Below are positions 27,024-36,624 of a stretch of 64,000 nucleotides of DNA, piece by piece. The stretch is taken from IMG/VR virus record IMGVR_UViG_2872728642_000001, positions 16,810-80,809 of that record, one strand, 5' to 3'. Every line of letters starts with the position of its first letter. Position 1 is the stretch's first letter. Below the pieces are notes generated by a model. That model was not told the origin of the DNA, ran no database searches, and saw only the letters and a program-made list of their open reading frames with translations. This stretch comes from a virus. Taxonomy: Duplodnaviria; Caudoviricetes. A program made the translations under genes and the position numbers.

Positions 27024-27316
27024 GGGGTTCTCCTTTCTCGTGCTGCTTTGCGCTGCAGGCGGCGCCGGTAGGCGCTGCGCTCGTCTTCGTCGAGGCCTCC
27101 GGCGACGCCGTATTGCGCTGCGCTGGCCTGCAGATGGAAGTCCAGACATTCGGTCAGGACGGGGCAGGTGCGGCAGAACTGCTTGGCCCGCTCGATGCGG
27201 GCTTCCTTCTGCTTGGGGGTCTCGCGGGGTTCGCCTTCGCCTGGGCCGAAGAACAGGGCGAGGTTCTGGCCCCGGCAGGCGGCGCTGTTCCGCCACCCCT
27301 TGTGGGCGGACATCAA
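27017..27316 (-). CDS. whiB: WhiB-family Fe-S transcription factor
   Basis: W..AAC...LFF, C-x2-C-x5-C, GVAGG turn, basic tail. Confidence 0.92.
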   Translation of the reverse strand: MMSAHKGWRNSAACRGQNLALFFGPGEGEPRETPKQKEARIERAKQFCRTCPVLTECLDFHLQASAAQYGVAGGLDEDERSAYRRRLQRKAARERRTPC

Positions 27317-27609
27317 CGCCTCCGCTCGGTGAGCCCCATTTCGCGCGCGGCGGCGCTGTACCGTTCGACCTGGCGTAGCGACATCCGCGTCTCAGCGGCG
27401 ATCTGCTGCAGCGTCTTGCCGGTGTTGATCAGCTCTGCGACGCGTTGCGCTTTGGCGAGGCTCCTCGGCGTGACGGGGATCCAGGCCGGCGCGGATTCGG
27501 GCCGGATGACTCGGTATCCCGCGTTGCCGAGCGCGTCGAGGATGTCGGTGGCGTTGGGGGCGGCGGACGTGAGGGCGTCGGTGATGACCTCGGTCGCCGT
27601 GTTACTCAT
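27313..27609 (-). CDS. HTH protein (98 aa)
   Basis: C-terminal 'GKTLQQIAAETRMSLRQVERY'. Confidence 0.7.
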   Translation of the reverse strand: MSNTATEVITDALTSAAPNATDILDALGNAGYRVIRPESAPAWIPVTPRSLAKAQRVAELINTGKTLQQIAAETRMSLRQVERYSAAAREMGLTERRR

Positions 27610-27634
27610 GGGCCTTTCTCCTGCTCATCCGCTT

Positions 27635-27655
27635 GATTGCGGTACCGCTGTCGGC
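27635..27655 (-). promoter_or_regulatory. 21-bp operator-like motif copy
   Basis: GATTGCGGTACCGCTGTCGGC on +. Confidence 0.7.
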
Positions 27656-28600
27656 TCATGCTGTCTGGCGCAGCTTGCCGAGGTTGAGCTCCGCCCGGAT
27701 CAGGAGGCGTTCCAGGGCTGCCCAGGTGGTGCCGAGCCGTTCAGCGAGTCGTTCTCCGTCGATCTGCTGCGTGTTCGGGTTGATCGGCGGGTCGGTGGCG
27801 AGGATGAACCGGGCGTCCTCGAGGAGGGCCTGGGTGTTACGCATGAGGCGGGCCCCGTCGAGGGTGCCTCTCTTCTGGAGCAGCTTGAGGTGGGTGTCGC
27901 ACAGCAGGCGTTCGTCCTTCGACCCGTTGATGCAGGTCGGGTAGGAGCAGCGAACGACTTGCCACGGTTTGGCCTCGGGGTCGTCGATGACGTCGGCCCA
28001 CGCTGCCGCTGGATACCAGCCGCTCGCGGCTGCCTGAGTGCTGGTGCTGGTCACAACAGCAGGGCGGCAGTGCTCGTACGGGTCGAGACCAACCAGCTCC
28101 TCATACGTCTCCCGCAGTTGGCGCGCGGTCCGGAGGAGGACCGTTGTTCTCTCACCGCGTCGGAGCTGCTTCTGGCTGTCCCAACTGGCTCCCATGTGGT
28201 CGGCCACGTGGCGCACGGGCCAGCCTGCGACGGAGAGCGCGCGCAGGCGTCTCATCGATCCCACCGCGTTGATCAGGTGGTGGTCCGGCAGGTCGTCCAC
28301 AGTGACCGTGAGGATTGCGTCGGACGTCCGCGCCGAGATCCGAGCTGGTGGAGGGAGCTTCCGGTATGCGCTTCCCTCGATGATGTGGCGAACAGCCGTG
28401 TGGGTCAGCCCGGCTAGTTGGCCGATGGCCTCATAGCTGATGAGCCAGGTCCTGTGCAGTTGCAACACGTGCTGGCGTGCCTGCTGAGCATCGACAAGGC
28501 CCCGCCAGGTGCCCGCCTTCACTTTCTTGTCGCGTTCCTGCCCATAGCGGCGGCGTGCTTCGGCGACCGCGTCCCGGCTCACTGGGTCATCTCCGGCCAC
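27656..28600 (-). CDS. Multi-HTH phage protein (314 aa)
   Basis: Two HTH-like segments, 'GSMRRLRALSVAGW', C-terminal C-x4-C...C-x2-H. Confidence 0.7.
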   Translation of the reverse strand: MAGDDPVSRDAVAEARRRYGQERDKKVKAGTWRGLVDAQQARQHVLQLHRTWLISYEAIGQLAGLTHTAVRHIIEGSAYRKLPPPARISARTSDAILTVTVDDLPDHHLINAVGSMRRLRALSVAGWPVRHVADHMGASWDSQKQLRRGERTTVLLRTARQLRETYEELVGLDPYEHCRPAVVTSTSTQAAASGWYPAAAWADVIDDPEAKPWQVVRCSYPTCINGSKDERLLCDTHLKLLQKRGTLDGARLMRNTQALLEDARFILATDPPINPNTQQIDGERLAERLGTTWAALERLLIRAELNLGKLRQTA

Positions 28601-29139
28601 GTCAGCTTGTCCAGCGCGGCGCGGTGCGCCTTCGGCATGTCCGCGAGCGGGTGCCCGAGGTGGTCGGAACCCAGCGCGGCCAGCGTCGCGGCGTCGGCCA
28701 TGTTGTGGTCGCCCCCGGTGACGAACATCGGCAGACGGCGGGCGATCGAATCGACGATCTCGCCCTTGCTGCCGCTGCCTTTTCCGAGCGCGTACGTCTT
28801 CAGCGTGGCCTGCGGCACCTCGACGACGGGCACCCCGGCCTCCGCGATGATGCCCATCGTCCGGTAGTAGAGGTACGAGCGTTCACCGGCGCCGCCGCGG
28901 CCACCGTCCTGCCGGTTGAACACCAGCTTCTCGACGAGGACGAGGTGGGCGTGCTCGGCCCTGGTGAGCACGATGATGCGACTGGCCAGGTCGTTGAGCG
29001 TCCGGTACTTGGTGAGCAGGGGCATGTTGGTGATGCCGTCTCGGCCGACCTTTTCGCACCAGCCGAGGCCGTTGGCCATGCCGGTGGCGGTGAGGGAGAG
29101 GTCGAGGCCGACGACGTGGAAGGGGATCACGGTTTCCAT
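28579..29139 (-). CDS. ruvC: RuvC-like Holliday junction resolvase
   Basis: 'VVGLDLSLTATG', 'VLVEK', 'TLKTYALGKG...K', 'HNMADAA'. Confidence 0.88.
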   Translation of the reverse strand: METVIPFHVVGLDLSLTATGMANGLGWCEKVGRDGITNMPLLTKYRTLNDLASRIIVLTRAEHAHLVLVEKLVFNRQDGGRGGAGERSYLYYRTMGIIAEAGVPVVEVPQATLKTYALGKGSGSKGEIVDSIARRLPMFVTGGDHNMADAATLAALGSDHLGHPLADMPKAHRAALDKLTWPEMTQ

Positions 29140-29360
29140 TCCTTCGGGGTTCTGAGGACCTTGTGTAGGTCGTGGTCAAGGAAGAAGTCGGACCACAATG
29201 CGGGGTTGGCGGCGACTTGCTCGGCCGGCCGGGCGGCCCGCTGGTCGCGGTTGCTGCGGGAGCGTCGCCGCTCAGCGCGATGGGCGAGGAGTGAGAGGAC
29301 GACGATCCCGGCGGCGGCCAGCACGGTGAGCGCGCCGATCGCCGCCAGGACGTCTTTCAC
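29127..29360 (-). CDS. Small membrane protein
   Basis: N-terminal TM then basic stretch. Confidence 0.55.
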   Translation of the reverse strand: MKDVLAAIGALTVLAAAGIVVLSLLAHRAERRRSRSNRDQRAARPAEQVAANPALWSDFFLDHDLHKVLRTPKEWKP

Positions 29361-29740
29361 GTGGTGCCGCCCTCGCGGGCGTCGAGCTTGGCGCGCAGCG
29401 CGGTCTTCTCTGCGGCGGTGGCGAGCAGGTCACGCTCGGCCGATTCGGCCCGCTGCACCTGCCCGCTCAGCTCCTCGTTCAGCTTGTAAGCCAGCTCGGA
29501 CGCGGCTTCGTACTGGGCTCGGAGCCCGATCATCTCGGTCTCGATGTCGCGTCGCATCATCTCGGCGCCGACGATCAGCCCAAGGAGGATGCCGACAAAC
29601 ATGCAGACGGTCGCGATGACCAGCGCCCACACACCGCCGAAGACGACCAGGCCGCCGAAGAACGCGACGAACACGCCGAGCACGAAGTACTTCTGGTACG
29701 GCTCAACCTTCGCGACGGCGATCTCGAACCTGGTCTTCAC
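29357..29740 (-). CDS. Two-TM protein with coiled coil
   Basis: Hydrophobic hairpin followed by heptads. Confidence 0.6.
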   Translation of the reverse strand: MKTRFEIAVAKVEPYQKYFVLGVFVAFFGGLVVFGGVWALVIATVCMFVGILLGLIVGAEMMRRDIETEMIGLRAQYEAASELAYKLNEELSGQVQRAESAERDLLATAAEKTALRAKLDAREGGTT

Positions 29741-30090
29741 TTCGTGACCTCGCCCTCGATACTGAGGATGTTGGGGTAGGACGAGGTGACTTCGACGCGC
29801 CACCCGTTGACCTTGAGCCGGTAGGTGCGGCCGGGCTTGATCGCGCCGTAGATGTCGGAGCTGTCGAACTTCAAGCTCAGCCAGGCGTCCGTGTTCTCAT
29901 ACACGCCCCGATCCGTGAAGATGAGGTACCTGCACGAGCGGCTGCTGTCGCAGACCCGCTCCTTCGACTCCACGGTGGCGGTCTCGATGCGGCCGGTGCC
30001 GGTCTTCGCCACCGCGACGCCGATGATGATCGCGAGGATGAGCGCGAAGAAGATGAGCCCGCCGATGACCTCGACGTCGTGGCGCCTCAT
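29737..30090 (-). CDS. Membrane-anchored OB-fold-like phage protein
   Basis: N-terminal TM; 'YLIFTD.GVYENTD...KFDSSDIYG.IKPG.TY.LKV.GWR...SSYPNI', a widespread phage family pattern. Confidence 0.7.
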   Translation of the reverse strand: MRRHDVEVIGGLIFFALILAIIIGVAVAKTGTGRIETATVESKERVCDSSRSCRYLIFTDRGVYENTDAWLSLKFDSSDIYGAIKPGRTYRLKVNGWRVEVTSSYPNILSIEGEVTK

Positions 30091-30470
30091 CGGCCACCGC
30101 CCTGGAGAGCGACGTCGATGCGCGCCTGCTGGTCGGCGGGGACGTACGGCCTCGTCATCTCGGCGATGAGCTTGGTCGCGGGCCGGCCCGCGAAGCTCTC
30201 CCCTTCGCCCGGTTTGTCCACGCGTAGCGCTTCCACGGTGAAGGGAGGGATCTCGACGCCGTGCTTGCGGAGCGCGGTGGCGAGGGATTCGACGTCGGGC
30301 AGCTCGCATGGGGTGTATCCGATCCAGAAGACCTCGACGTCCTCCCCGTCGATGGAGGCGGGAGGGTCGAACGCCGTGGCCCAGTAAGTGTTGAGAGGTG
30401 CATCCCAGCCGACCGTGATGACGCGGTCTTCGGGTGAGTCGGGCGGGTTGGGGATGGTGTAGCGGCTCAT
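30087..30470 (-). CDS. Hypothetical protein (127 aa)
   Basis: 'ITVGWDAPLNTYWA' pattern; RBS AAGGAAG. Confidence 0.7.
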   Translation of the reverse strand: MSRYTIPNPPDSPEDRVITVGWDAPLNTYWATAFDPPASIDGEDVEVFWIGYTPCELPDVESLATALRKHGVEIPPFTVEALRVDKPGEGESFAGRPATKLIAEMTRPYVPADQQARIDVALQGGGR

Positions 30471-30518
30471 GACTTCCTTAGTGGTCGGTGTCGGCGCGGG
30501 CCGGTCACGATGCTGAGG

Positions 30519-30773
30519 TCAGATGGCGGCGTTTTCGCGGGCGTACCGCTCGTTGTCGAGCTTCTGCAGCGAGGCCACGATGTCGCCGCGCCAGCCGACG
30601 ACGGCGCCGGACAGCTTGTCGGCGATCTGCAGGGCCTCCAGGAGGGCGGCCCGGTCATTTAGCGCCGCGGGGTAGCGGCGGTTCCCCATCGCGAGGACGG
30701 TTTCCTGGTCGGTCAGCCGATGTTCGACCGTGGCGGGGGTGACGTCGTCGTACTCGACGGTGATGGACTTCAT
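30519..30773 (-). CDS. Hypothetical protein (84 aa)
   Basis: RBS AAGGAG. Confidence 0.65.
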   Translation of the reverse strand: MKSITVEYDDVTPATVEHRLTDQETVLAMGNRRYPAALNDRAALLEALQIADKLSGAVVGWRGDIVASLQKLDNERYARENAAI

Positions 30774-30830
30774 GGGGACTCCTTGAGGGGCGGACCCGTC
30801 GTCGGCAGTGCAACGCCGGGCCGAGGTTGA

Positions 30831-31253
30831 TCAGATGAAGTAGTCGGGCTTGAGCGGGGTGTACGGGTCCTCGACCTCCTCGCCGTGCCAGGCGTTGGCG
30901 AGGCGGACGAGGACGACCCACGCGGCGTCGTGGACAGTGCGGGCCAGCGGCGTTCCGAGACGAGCGGCTTCGGACAGGTTCTGGTGCACGTCGCGGATCC
31001 GCTCCAGGCGCTCCCGCTGCTCGTCGAGCTGGTGACGGATGTTGGCGTAGTCCTCGCGAACGGTAGGTTCGGGTATGTACTCGACGAGCAGCCGGAACGC
31101 TTTGCAGAGCAGGCAGTTGCGGCGGTCTTGGCACGTTCCTGCGTGGTGCGCGATCTCGGCGAAAGTGGTGGCACGCCGCTCACGCTCGCGCTTGTCTCGG
31201 GTGAGTCGGTCAGCGCGGAGTGCCGCACGCTGGTCGTTGGTCAGGCGCATCAC
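30831..31253 (-). CDS. Hypothetical protein (140 aa) with H-x3-C-x5-C-x2-C motif
   Basis: Coupled to the upstream gene. Confidence 0.65.
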   Translation of the reverse strand: MMRLTNDQRAALRADRLTRDKRERERRATTFAEIAHHAGTCQDRRNCLLCKAFRLLVEYIPEPTVREDYANIRHQLDEQRERLERIRDVHQNLSEAARLGTPLARTVHDAAWVVLVRLANAWHGEEVEDPYTPLKPDYFI

Positions 31254-32962
31254 TGGCCGCCGTCCGGGGTGACTTCTCCGTCGCTGAGCTTCTGAAGGAA
31301 GGCAGCGAAGTCAGCGTTTGATGCCCCACCAACTGGCGTCTCTATGGCCTGCTCGAACGCGGCGGGCAACTGCTGGTTGGTGCCGCCGAGGTCGGACCAC
31401 ACGGCGGCGATGCGCTGCTGCAGGTCCTTGCGGCGGGCGGCGGCCTGCTGCATGAGCAGCTTGACCCCGTCGTTCACCTGGGCGGCGTTGAGCTCCTTCG
31501 TCGAGGTGACGGTGACGCCCATGTGCTCGGTGATCCAGGCGAATCGAGCTTCGTCGTTCTTCGCGGCCGACCCCTTGCCGGTGTGGCCCGTAACTCCTGC
31601 CTCGCCGAACCACACGCCGAGGTCGCGCAGCGCCTTGGCGGTGGGCTTCGGCTGCTCCTCGTCCTCGACGACCACCGCGTCCACGATGTCGTCGCCGTCG
31701 TCGGCCGGCGCCGCGGTGTTCTGCGCGCGGGCGGCCTCGAGGAGCGCTTCGGCGCGTTCGGACGCCTTGCGGGGTTCGTCCGCGATCGGACCTGCGGCGG
31801 GCTGGCCGAGCTGGTCGGCGAACTGCTGGAGCTGCTGCAGGGTCGCGTTCTTCATGGTGGTGCCGGTGCGGTCGCGGAACGCGGTGTGGAGCTGGCTCGT
31901 CGTTCCCGCCCACGCGGTCATGATGTGCTGGCGGATCCGGTCCGCTTCGGGGTCACTCGCCGCCGGCGGCGCGTCCGAGGCTGGCGCCGGGCTGTGCGGA
32001 GGGTCCTCGCGCGGAGCATTGCGCTCGTCCGGCTGTGCAGCGGCCGAGGCGGGTTGTCCCTGTGGGGCGTTCTTGTCCGGCGGCGGGGGGAAGGTGGCGA
32101 CGCGGGCCTTGGCCGCGGCCTCGACTTCCTCTCCTCGTCCCTGCCAGGCGGGGTCGAGCTTGGAGGTCCTCCAGACGGCCACGACCGCATCTCGGTCAGT
32201 GGCGGCCTCGATCATCGCAAGGTAGTCGGTCGCGGGCGCGGCCTCGATCGCCCGCTGACCGCCACCACCGCGGCCCAGCTCGGCGCGGCGCGCGACCTCG
32301 CCCGACATCAGCTCGTCGAAGCCGATACCCTCGATCGTCAGGCCGGGCACCATGTACGTGGTCGCCTTGACCACGTTGTCCTTCGGGTCGAGGAACGAGC
32401 CGGTGCGCTCGGCCACGTACAGCCAGGCGTCCACGTACGTCCCCGCGTGGGCCAGGAACTCGGCGGCGTTGGGCAGCTCGGCTGCGGCGTTGCCGCCCTT
32501 GCTGTCCAGCCGCCACAGGCCCAGGCTGGGCACTTCCTTGAGGAAGACACCGAGTCGGGTGTGGGGCTTGCACGGCCGCCTCTTGAGTTCGACGTCCGCC
32601 CCGCACAGGCACGGGCCGACGAACGGAGCCTGCATCGCGACGCCAGTGCAGCGGCGGATGCACAGCTTGCCGTCCCAGAGCTCCATGTTCTGGCTCAGGC
32701 CGTTGGGCGGGACGATGACGGGGATGCGCTGCGCGTTGGTGATGACCTCGAACTGCGGTCCCTGCGGCGACTTCCATGGCTTGACCTCGCCGCCGTACTT
32801 CTCGGCGACGCCCCGGATCATGTCCTCGGACGGCGACGTGAACCGGAACGTGTCGATCTTGCTGGGATACTCCTTGCCGTTCCGGCTGATCTTCTTGATG
32901 CCGAGGCGGATCCGGCCGTCCTGCCAGTGGCGGCGCTGCAGTACGGAGGGGTCGATGGGCAT
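31250..32962 (-). CDS. Gp3-like (recombination directionality factor-like family) recombination/replication protein with long C-terminal extension
   Basis: 'GRIRLG.K...YPSKIDTFRFTS', 'CIRRCTG', 'CKPHTRL', 'GLWRLDSKG.NAAAEL'; next to an exonuclease. Confidence 0.65.
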   Translation of the reverse strand: MPIDPSVLQRRHWQDGRIRLGIKKISRNGKEYPSKIDTFRFTSPSEDMIRGVAEKYGGEVKPWKSPQGPQFEVITNAQRIPVIVPPNGLSQNMELWDGKLCIRRCTGVAMQAPFVGPCLCGADVELKRRPCKPHTRLGVFLKEVPSLGLWRLDSKGGNAAAELPNAAEFLAHAGTYVDAWLYVAERTGSFLDPKDNVVKATTYMVPGLTIEGIGFDELMSGEVARRAELGRGGGGQRAIEAAPATDYLAMIEAATDRDAVVAVWRTSKLDPAWQGRGEEVEAAAKARVATFPPPPDKNAPQGQPASAAAQPDERNAPREDPPHSPAPASDAPPAASDPEADRIRQHIMTAWAGTTSQLHTAFRDRTGTTMKNATLQQLQQFADQLGQPAAGPIADEPRKASERAEALLEAARAQNTAAPADDGDDIVDAVVVEDEEQPKPTAKALRDLGVWFGEAGVTGHTGKGSAAKNDEARFAWITEHMGVTVTSTKELNAAQVNDGVKLLMQQAAARRKDLQQRIAAVWSDLGGTNQQLPAAFEQAIETPVGGASNADFAAFLQKLSDGEVTPDGGQ

Positions 32963-33936
32963 CAGGCGGCGTCCTTCCTGGTGGTCTTGCTCGGGGGCTG
33001 AATGGGCTTGTGGCCGCGCATTTCGAGCCCGTGGACGTAGTGCGCGAGCGGCAGCAGCCCGCAGAACGCGTCGAACGCGTCACGGTCGGCCGGGAGCGGC
33101 ACGAAGCCGTAGCCGTTCGTACGGAGGTTGAGAATCGCTGCGCCCGCAAACTCCGGAACGGGGAACTCGTGGCTGGCGTCGTGGTCGTCGGTCTCGCCGT
33201 ACCTGCACGACGGCGGGCACACCAGGGCAACCTCTGCGTTCCGCAGCGCTGCGAGTTGCAGGAGGTAGTCGTCATAGACGGCGCTGGCTGGCTTGGTCAG
33301 CGAGGTCTTCATATCGATGAGCCACAGCCCGGACGGGGTCGGGATCGGGTCTGCTGGGACCGCGCGCGGCTTGAACTTCGGCGCAATCGGCGACGTCGGG
33401 CCGGGGAACCGCAAGCGGGCCCAGATGTCGCTCGTACCGCCGTACGGGATCGTGCGGTTGAGCACCGTGCACTCGGCCGTCATGATGTCGCGACGCAGGT
33501 CCACCCCGAAGTCGGCGAGGAACTGGCGGTAGGACTCGACGAACGGTTCGGCTTCCTCGTCAGGGATGTACGCCTTGCCGAGATTGATCGCTTCGCCGAT
33601 GGCGTGGACGCGAGAGCCGAGGTCAGCCTTCTTGTCCCACTGGACTCGGTACTGCGCCTTGGCCAGCTTGATGAACGCTTCCATGTCGTCGGGGTCGGCG
33701 GCCGCGCGGTTCGCGGCGGGGAGGTTGTCCATCAGCCAGATCGCGGTGTCCCTCGCGGCGGCGGGGGCCAGGGCCTCGATCATGTGCTGGTCGATGGCGT
33801 TGGTGACGGAGATCTTCATCCGGTTGGGGTCGTCCGGGGCAAGCATCGGGTCGCAGTAGTAGCGGCCTGCGCTGGTGGGGACGGCGTGGCTCGGGTCGTA
33901 CTCGTCGCGCTCGTCCTCGCGGATGGTGATGCTCAC
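32962..33936 (-). CDS. PD-(D/E)xK exonuclease (Cas4/RecE-like)
   Basis: 'ISVTN', 'GSRVHAIGE', 'YGGTSD', 'LIDMKTS', 'LQLAALR'. Confidence 0.8.
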   Translation of the reverse strand: MSITIREDERDEYDPSHAVPTSAGRYYCDPMLAPDDPNRMKISVTNAIDQHMIEALAPAAARDTAIWLMDNLPAANRAAADPDDMEAFIKLAKAQYRVQWDKKADLGSRVHAIGEAINLGKAYIPDEEAEPFVESYRQFLADFGVDLRRDIMTAECTVLNRTIPYGGTSDIWARLRFPGPTSPIAPKFKPRAVPADPIPTPSGLWLIDMKTSLTKPASAVYDDYLLQLAALRNAEVALVCPPSCRYGETDDHDASHEFPVPEFAGAAILNLRTNGYGFVPLPADRDAFDAFCGLLPLAHYVHGLEMRGHKPIQPPSKTTRKDAA

Positions 33937-34136
33937 GCACCACCGCCGAGGTGCCCGTCATAGTCGGCCTGGCCGAACCAGCCGAACCGGTATTCGTCCT
34001 CGGTCATCGGGTCGAGGGCGGGCCCGCCGCGGTAGCTCGGTCGGCTTGGCGTGAGCTGGGGGTCGTCGGTATTGAGAGCGCCGAGGTAGGCGGTCAGCTC
34101 CGCTTCGGTGGGGAGCGCAGGGCTCGGTGGGGTCAC
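33933..34136 (-). CDS. Hypothetical protein (67 aa)
   Basis: Coupled ORF. Confidence 0.5.
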   Translation of the reverse strand: MTPPSPALPTEAELTAYLGALNTDDPQLTPSRPSYRGGPALDPMTEDEYRFGWFGQADYDGHLGGGA

Positions 34137-34339
34137 TGGGGGTCCTCTTCGTATTCGGCGGCCAGAAGCTTTCGGCCGGTCTCCTCGACGAGCTGATAGG
34201 CGGCGTCGTAGTCGCCGAGGACGTCGGCGAGCAGACGGGTGAGCGCGGACTTGGCGTCGGAGTTCCAGTGCTCGGCAGCTCTTGTGGCGATGAGCTGCGC
34301 CAGGTCGTCGGGAGGCGGCGCTTGCGTGATGTTGGTCAT
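34133..34339 (-). CDS. Hypothetical protein (68 aa)
   Basis: Coupled ORF after an operator-like site. Confidence 0.55.
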   Translation of the reverse strand: MTNITQAPPPDDLAQLIATRAAEHWNSDAKSALTRLLADVLGDYDAAYQLVEETGRKLLAAEYEEDPQ

Positions 34340-34342
34340 GCT

Positions 34343-34363
34343 GAATGCGGCACCGCTGTTAGC
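34343..34363 (-). promoter_or_regulatory. 21-bp operator-like motif copy
   Basis: GAATGCGGCACCGCTGTTAGC on +. Confidence 0.65.
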
Positions 34364-34658
34364 GGGGGACGTACTGGACGTGGACGAGGACAGCCTTGCC
34401 GCCTCCGTCCTTGGTGATGGTGCGGGTAACGGCTTGGAACGTTCCGCTGTCGTCGTTGCGGAAGCCGCGGTAGCCGTTCTTGACTGCGTTGTACAGGCGG
34501 TTGGCGTCACGCCTGCCTTCAGGGGTGTCGGGAGTTTCTGCGACGACAGCCCATCGGTTGGGGTTCTTCTGGAGTTCGGCGGCGATCGGCTCGTACTCCT
34601 TGTTGGTGGGGGTTTTGACAGGCGCCGGGTCTTCCCAGCGAAGGATGCCGTTGGGCAT
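34359..34658 (-). CDS. First early-operon protein (99 aa)
   Basis: Divergent from the repressor; 'W..IAAEL..NP.RWAVV' pattern common in actinophages. Confidence 0.7.
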   Translation of the reverse strand: MPNGILRWEDPAPVKTPTNKEYEPIAAELQKNPNRWAVVAETPDTPEGRRDANRLYNAVKNGYRGFRNDDSGTFQAVTRTITKDGGGKAVLVHVQYVPR

Positions 34659-34942
34659 GGCGATATGACGCTCCGTGGCTTGGGGGTTTGGTTTGCCGGG
34701 TGTTCATCTGTGCGTTCCCGTTTCGGTCGCACACGATCACACCGACATAACCGACACTATCGCGTCCTGACGCACCACGCAACGTCTGACGCGTCTTATG
34801 CGTCATCGCAGCTACCTCGCGTATGTCACGCTATGTAATCAGCAACTTCGCGATGACATATCACGCGTTGACGCGTCAGTTGATACCGTTGCGCCAGACT
34901 CGTATGACGCATCAAACACCCTGAAGGGACACCCAACTCGCC
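34659..34942. promoter_or_regulatory. Divergent promoter / genetic-switch region
   Basis: AT-richer gap between the leftward early operon and the rightward repressor; cluster of TGACGC motifs incl. TGACGCGTCA at 34869-34878. Confidence 0.7.
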
Positions 34943-35467
34943 GTGGCCGACCTCAATCAGCCCTCAGAAGTAGTTCAGTACCTCATTGATCGTCGCAAGA
35001 ATCCCGGAGGGCTCAAGCGAGGCATCCCCACCCGCGCCGCCGCCGCACGCGCAAAGGAACTGGCCCGCGAAGCGATGTCCGAACCCACCTGGCGACGCAT
35101 CGAATCGGGCGAGAGGATCCCGGAAGACCGGGAACTCGTGCTCATGGCAGCCGCGATCAACGACCTGGCGGGCGAGCCTCTCGTCACGCCAGACGACTTG
35201 TACGAGCGGAGCCGGCCAATGGCGGCCGAACTGTTCCGCGAGTGGATCCGTGAGCGCACTGCGGCCGACCCAGCGCTTGCGGACATCGACCCGAAGCTCG
35301 CTCCCGACTCCCTGCAGCAGATACTTCAGAAGATGCTTGGCGAAATCCGCGCGCTACGTGGCGTTACAGCCGCCGAGAAGGCCGAGATGGAGAAGATCCT
35401 GCTGTCGAACGTTGAGTCAACGCTGAAGGCGTACGGCGCCCAATTGCGCATCTTCCGACGCAAGTAG
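34943..35467 (+). CDS. XRE-type HTH repressor (putative immunity repressor)
   Basis: 'MSEPTWRRIESGERIP' HTH; divergent from the early operon. Confidence 0.7.
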   Translation: MADLNQPSEVVQYLIDRRKNPGGLKRGIPTRAAAARAKELAREAMSEPTWRRIESGERIPEDRELVLMAAAINDLAGEPLVTPDDLYERSRPMAAELFREWIRERTAADPALADIDPKLAPDSLQQILQKMLGEIRALRGVTAAEKAEMEKILLSNVESTLKAYGAQLRIFRRK

Positions 35468-35564
35468 CGGTCGTTCATCCAGTGGCGCAACGCCTAGGCA
35501 CCAAGCTGGAACTACGCGGAGACCCCGCACGCCAACGTCTTCCCCAGCGGCTTGACAACCATTC

Positions 35565-35852
35565 TCACCGCAGGCTAGTGATCTCCTCAGCAAAGCCTCG
35601 AACGGCCGTGCGTTGTTTCTGGCCGAGCGCGAGCACTCGGCGAACGGTGCGCACGCGCCGCCAGCCCGAGATGGCGTGGAACGTTACTGGTGCAGATACA
35701 GCCATGATCCACGCCAGCAGCAGCACCGCCGCCTGGCCGGTCAGTTTGTCCATGTCGATCAGGATGAGAAGGCAAGACGCCGTCGCCACCCAGCTCACGA
35801 CCGACATAGTCGCCATGCTGAGCAGCCACACGCGCGCCTCGTAACTGATCAT
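35565..35852 (-). CDS. Small 2-TM membrane protein
   Basis: Two hydrophobic helices, basic tail. Confidence 0.5.
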   Translation of the reverse strand: MISYEARVWLLSMATMSVVSWVATASCLLILIDMDKLTGQAAVLLLAWIMAVSAPVTFHAISGWRRVRTVRRVLALGQKQRTAVRGFAEEITSLR

Positions 35853-36150
35853 GAAGTTGGTCCCCGTCCTCTCCGCCGCCGACGTCACATACCGCCGATG
35901 TGCACGGACGGATCCAGTCCGAACACCTCTTAGTACCCCCGCATCGGGCTCCGACTCAGCAGGAGAAAAGACCGGCGACGGAGGCTGGCAAGCTTGTCGG
36001 CTGGCTTACTGCCAGAGCAAACGATCTTTCCCGCAGAGATGAATATTGTCAACTGACGGCTACCATTCCTGCCGGTCGTGTACCGTTGGCAATCAGGCTT
36101 AATGTAGGCGAACGGCGTCCGAATAGGGCAAGCCGGGCGTGAGGAATGGG

Positions 36151-36573
36151 GTGGCTGTGGCGACCTTCGCCGAGCGGCTAGAAGAAGCGTTGAAGGACAA
36201 GGGCTGGTCCGCCCGTCAAGCCCAGCGCGAAATGAAGCGCACCCATCCGGATCTGGCCATCACCCACGCCTACATCAGCGGTCTGCGGAGGGGCAAGCGC
36301 ACCAACCCTTCAACCGAGGTCGTAATCGCGCTAGCGCAGTTGTTTGACGTGTCGGTCAGTTGGCTTCTCGGTGAGGACCCGCCCCCACCGCAGCTCAGCG
36401 CAGAGGACCAGCAACGACACCAAACGGTCCGCGAGGGCCTGGCCGAACTCGGCGTGCAGAACATCGCCGAGCGCATGGTCGGCCTGTCCCCGCTTTCGCT
36501 GGAGGCCATCGAGAAGATGGTCGAGGCGATGCGCCAAGCCGAGCAACTCCACGGCAACACAGACGTGCAGTAG
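36151..36573 (+). CDS. XRE-family HTH regulator
   Basis: 'FAERL..AL...ITHAYISGLRRGKRTNPSTEVVIALAQLFDVSVSWL', 'VQNIAERMVGLSP.SL'. Confidence 0.9.
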   Translation: MAVATFAERLEEALKDKGWSARQAQREMKRTHPDLAITHAYISGLRRGKRTNPSTEVVIALAQLFDVSVSWLLGEDPPPPQLSAEDQQRHQTVREGLAELGVQNIAERMVGLSPLSLEAIEKMVEAMRQAEQLHGNTDVQ

Positions 36574-36624
36574 GCGATCCGATCACGGGCGCGGGTAGCC
36601 TGTCGCAGGCCTGACCGAAAGGTT

